From the NCBI RefSeq assembly GCF_018977255.1, contig NW_024704755.1, positions 15,562,001 to 15,626,000 of the forward strand: 64,000 bases of DNA, given 5' to 3'. The stretch's first letter is position 1; each line of letters opens with the position of its first letter. The position numbers were made by a program, and so were the translations under genes. Shown piece by piece: positions 62,997 through 64,000 of this stretch. This DNA comes from Callorhinchus milii. Its lineage: Eukaryota. Under the pieces are notes generated by a model, which saw only the letters and a program-made list of their open reading frames with translations, was not told where the DNA came from and did not search any database.

Positions 62997-64000
62997 GTAA
63001 GTGAATGATATGGATATAGAGACTGTTCCTATGTTGAAATATCCCGTAAACAAATGTTTCAGAATCTTTTATATTGTTTTTGTTACATTTACAGTGGTGT
63101 TCTTCAGTGTCATTATCTGCAAATTAATGGTAATGTTCCCTCTCTGGGGAAAGAAATATAGTTACGCTGCAAAATCTGAATAAAAAATATTATTATTTTA
63201 AATTGTGTGTAATTCAAACTGCCACCCACCTAAATTCACCCTCATATAATAATATCGATCATGTTTTATGATTTGACAACTCTGATCATTAATGTAATAT
63301 AAGTCCGTCCCTTTTCAACTTAACTACACCAAATACACACATTTATAATCAGAAACGATTTTAGAATTTGCTCGTGCTGGCAGGAATGTAATTTCTCACT
63401 GTTCAGTTTATTTCAGCAGTAACCTTTCGGTACCCCACTACTGATTTCTAAAAGTTTAAGATTCTTAATGTGCACAATTATTTTTCCAGTTTAAAATATA
63501 GATAATTTAATTCAAACTATCCACAAGATAAATGCAATTTAATCGCCTGCAATCAGTAGTTAGCCCATTCTTGCGAATTTTATGGAAGATATTGGCGCAT
63601 TTGTATTATTCATGATAATAATAATAATACGTTTGATATATTTCTACTCATTTCACATCGACATGTATTGTTGTAAAATTGAGTGGCTTTTGTACGCGAA
63701 GCCGGCACCCAATTGTCAAACAACAAAGTTCCAAAAATATTTATGACATAGATGACCAATTTTTATCTGGGAATTCTTGGCCGGACCCGGGGAGAAATCC
63801 CTTGTCTTTTCCAAAAATGCTGTGGGAACTTACGCATGCACAAAGAGGCAGATTCAATGTGTCCTCGATGTTGATATCCCCACCAAAAATCAGCCTCCCC
63901 AGGGCTGCATTGGTGAGTTAAATAGCAATAATAGTCACTGCAATTGATATGGCGTAGAATCACGTCCTGGACAGTCTCCAAAGGCTTCATAATTATATTT

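Larger units (their letters stand above)
50581..64000. repeat. Large diverged inverted repeat (left arm ~50581-56970, right arm ~57400-64000+)
   Basis: Reverse-complement matches in nested order: 51421-52040/62568-63183, 52470-52720/61821-62070, 52850-53000/60750-60900, 54140-54560/59260-59700, 56100-56450/58000-58360, 56880-56970/57400-57490. Confidence 0.9.

Overview
Vertebrate genomic DNA. The tRNA-headed SINEs with (AAT)n/L2-type tails and the abundant L2 and CR1 LINEs point to a cartilaginous fish, possibly a chimaera (inference). The window holds a tandem cluster of immunoglobulin-superfamily receptor genes, which I reconstructed by hand from splice sites and exon phases. The layout is leader - VJ-type V domain - C1-set domain - uncharged TM - short linker exon - repeated 111-nt ITIM+ITSM cassette exons - terminal ITIM+ITSM exon, and it is SIRP-like. 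On the minus strand, at about 14-15 kb spacing, are a pseudogene (gene 1, 3708-8354), two genes with intact ectodomain and TM but eroded signalling tails (gene 2, 14177-22393; gene 3, 27340-37437), and one fully intact gene of a second subfamily (gene 4, 46786-52247; predicted 366 aa with a four-tyrosine SIRPalpha-like tail). From about 50580 to the window end the DNA is a large diverged inverted repeat. Its right arm carries a head-to-head plus-strand copy (gene 5, leader 62284-62332, V 62676-62996). That V exon is 98% identical to gene 4 while the flanks look only about 75-85% identical, which suggests gene conversion within a possible paired-receptor system. A broken leader-V relic sits at the palindrome centre. 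The rest is transposon debris (L2, CR1, Tx1/L1, SINE, a solo LTR, mini-Helitrons) and segmental repeats. Exon models are unconfirmed by transcripts, and flank identities and TE boundaries are estimates by eye.
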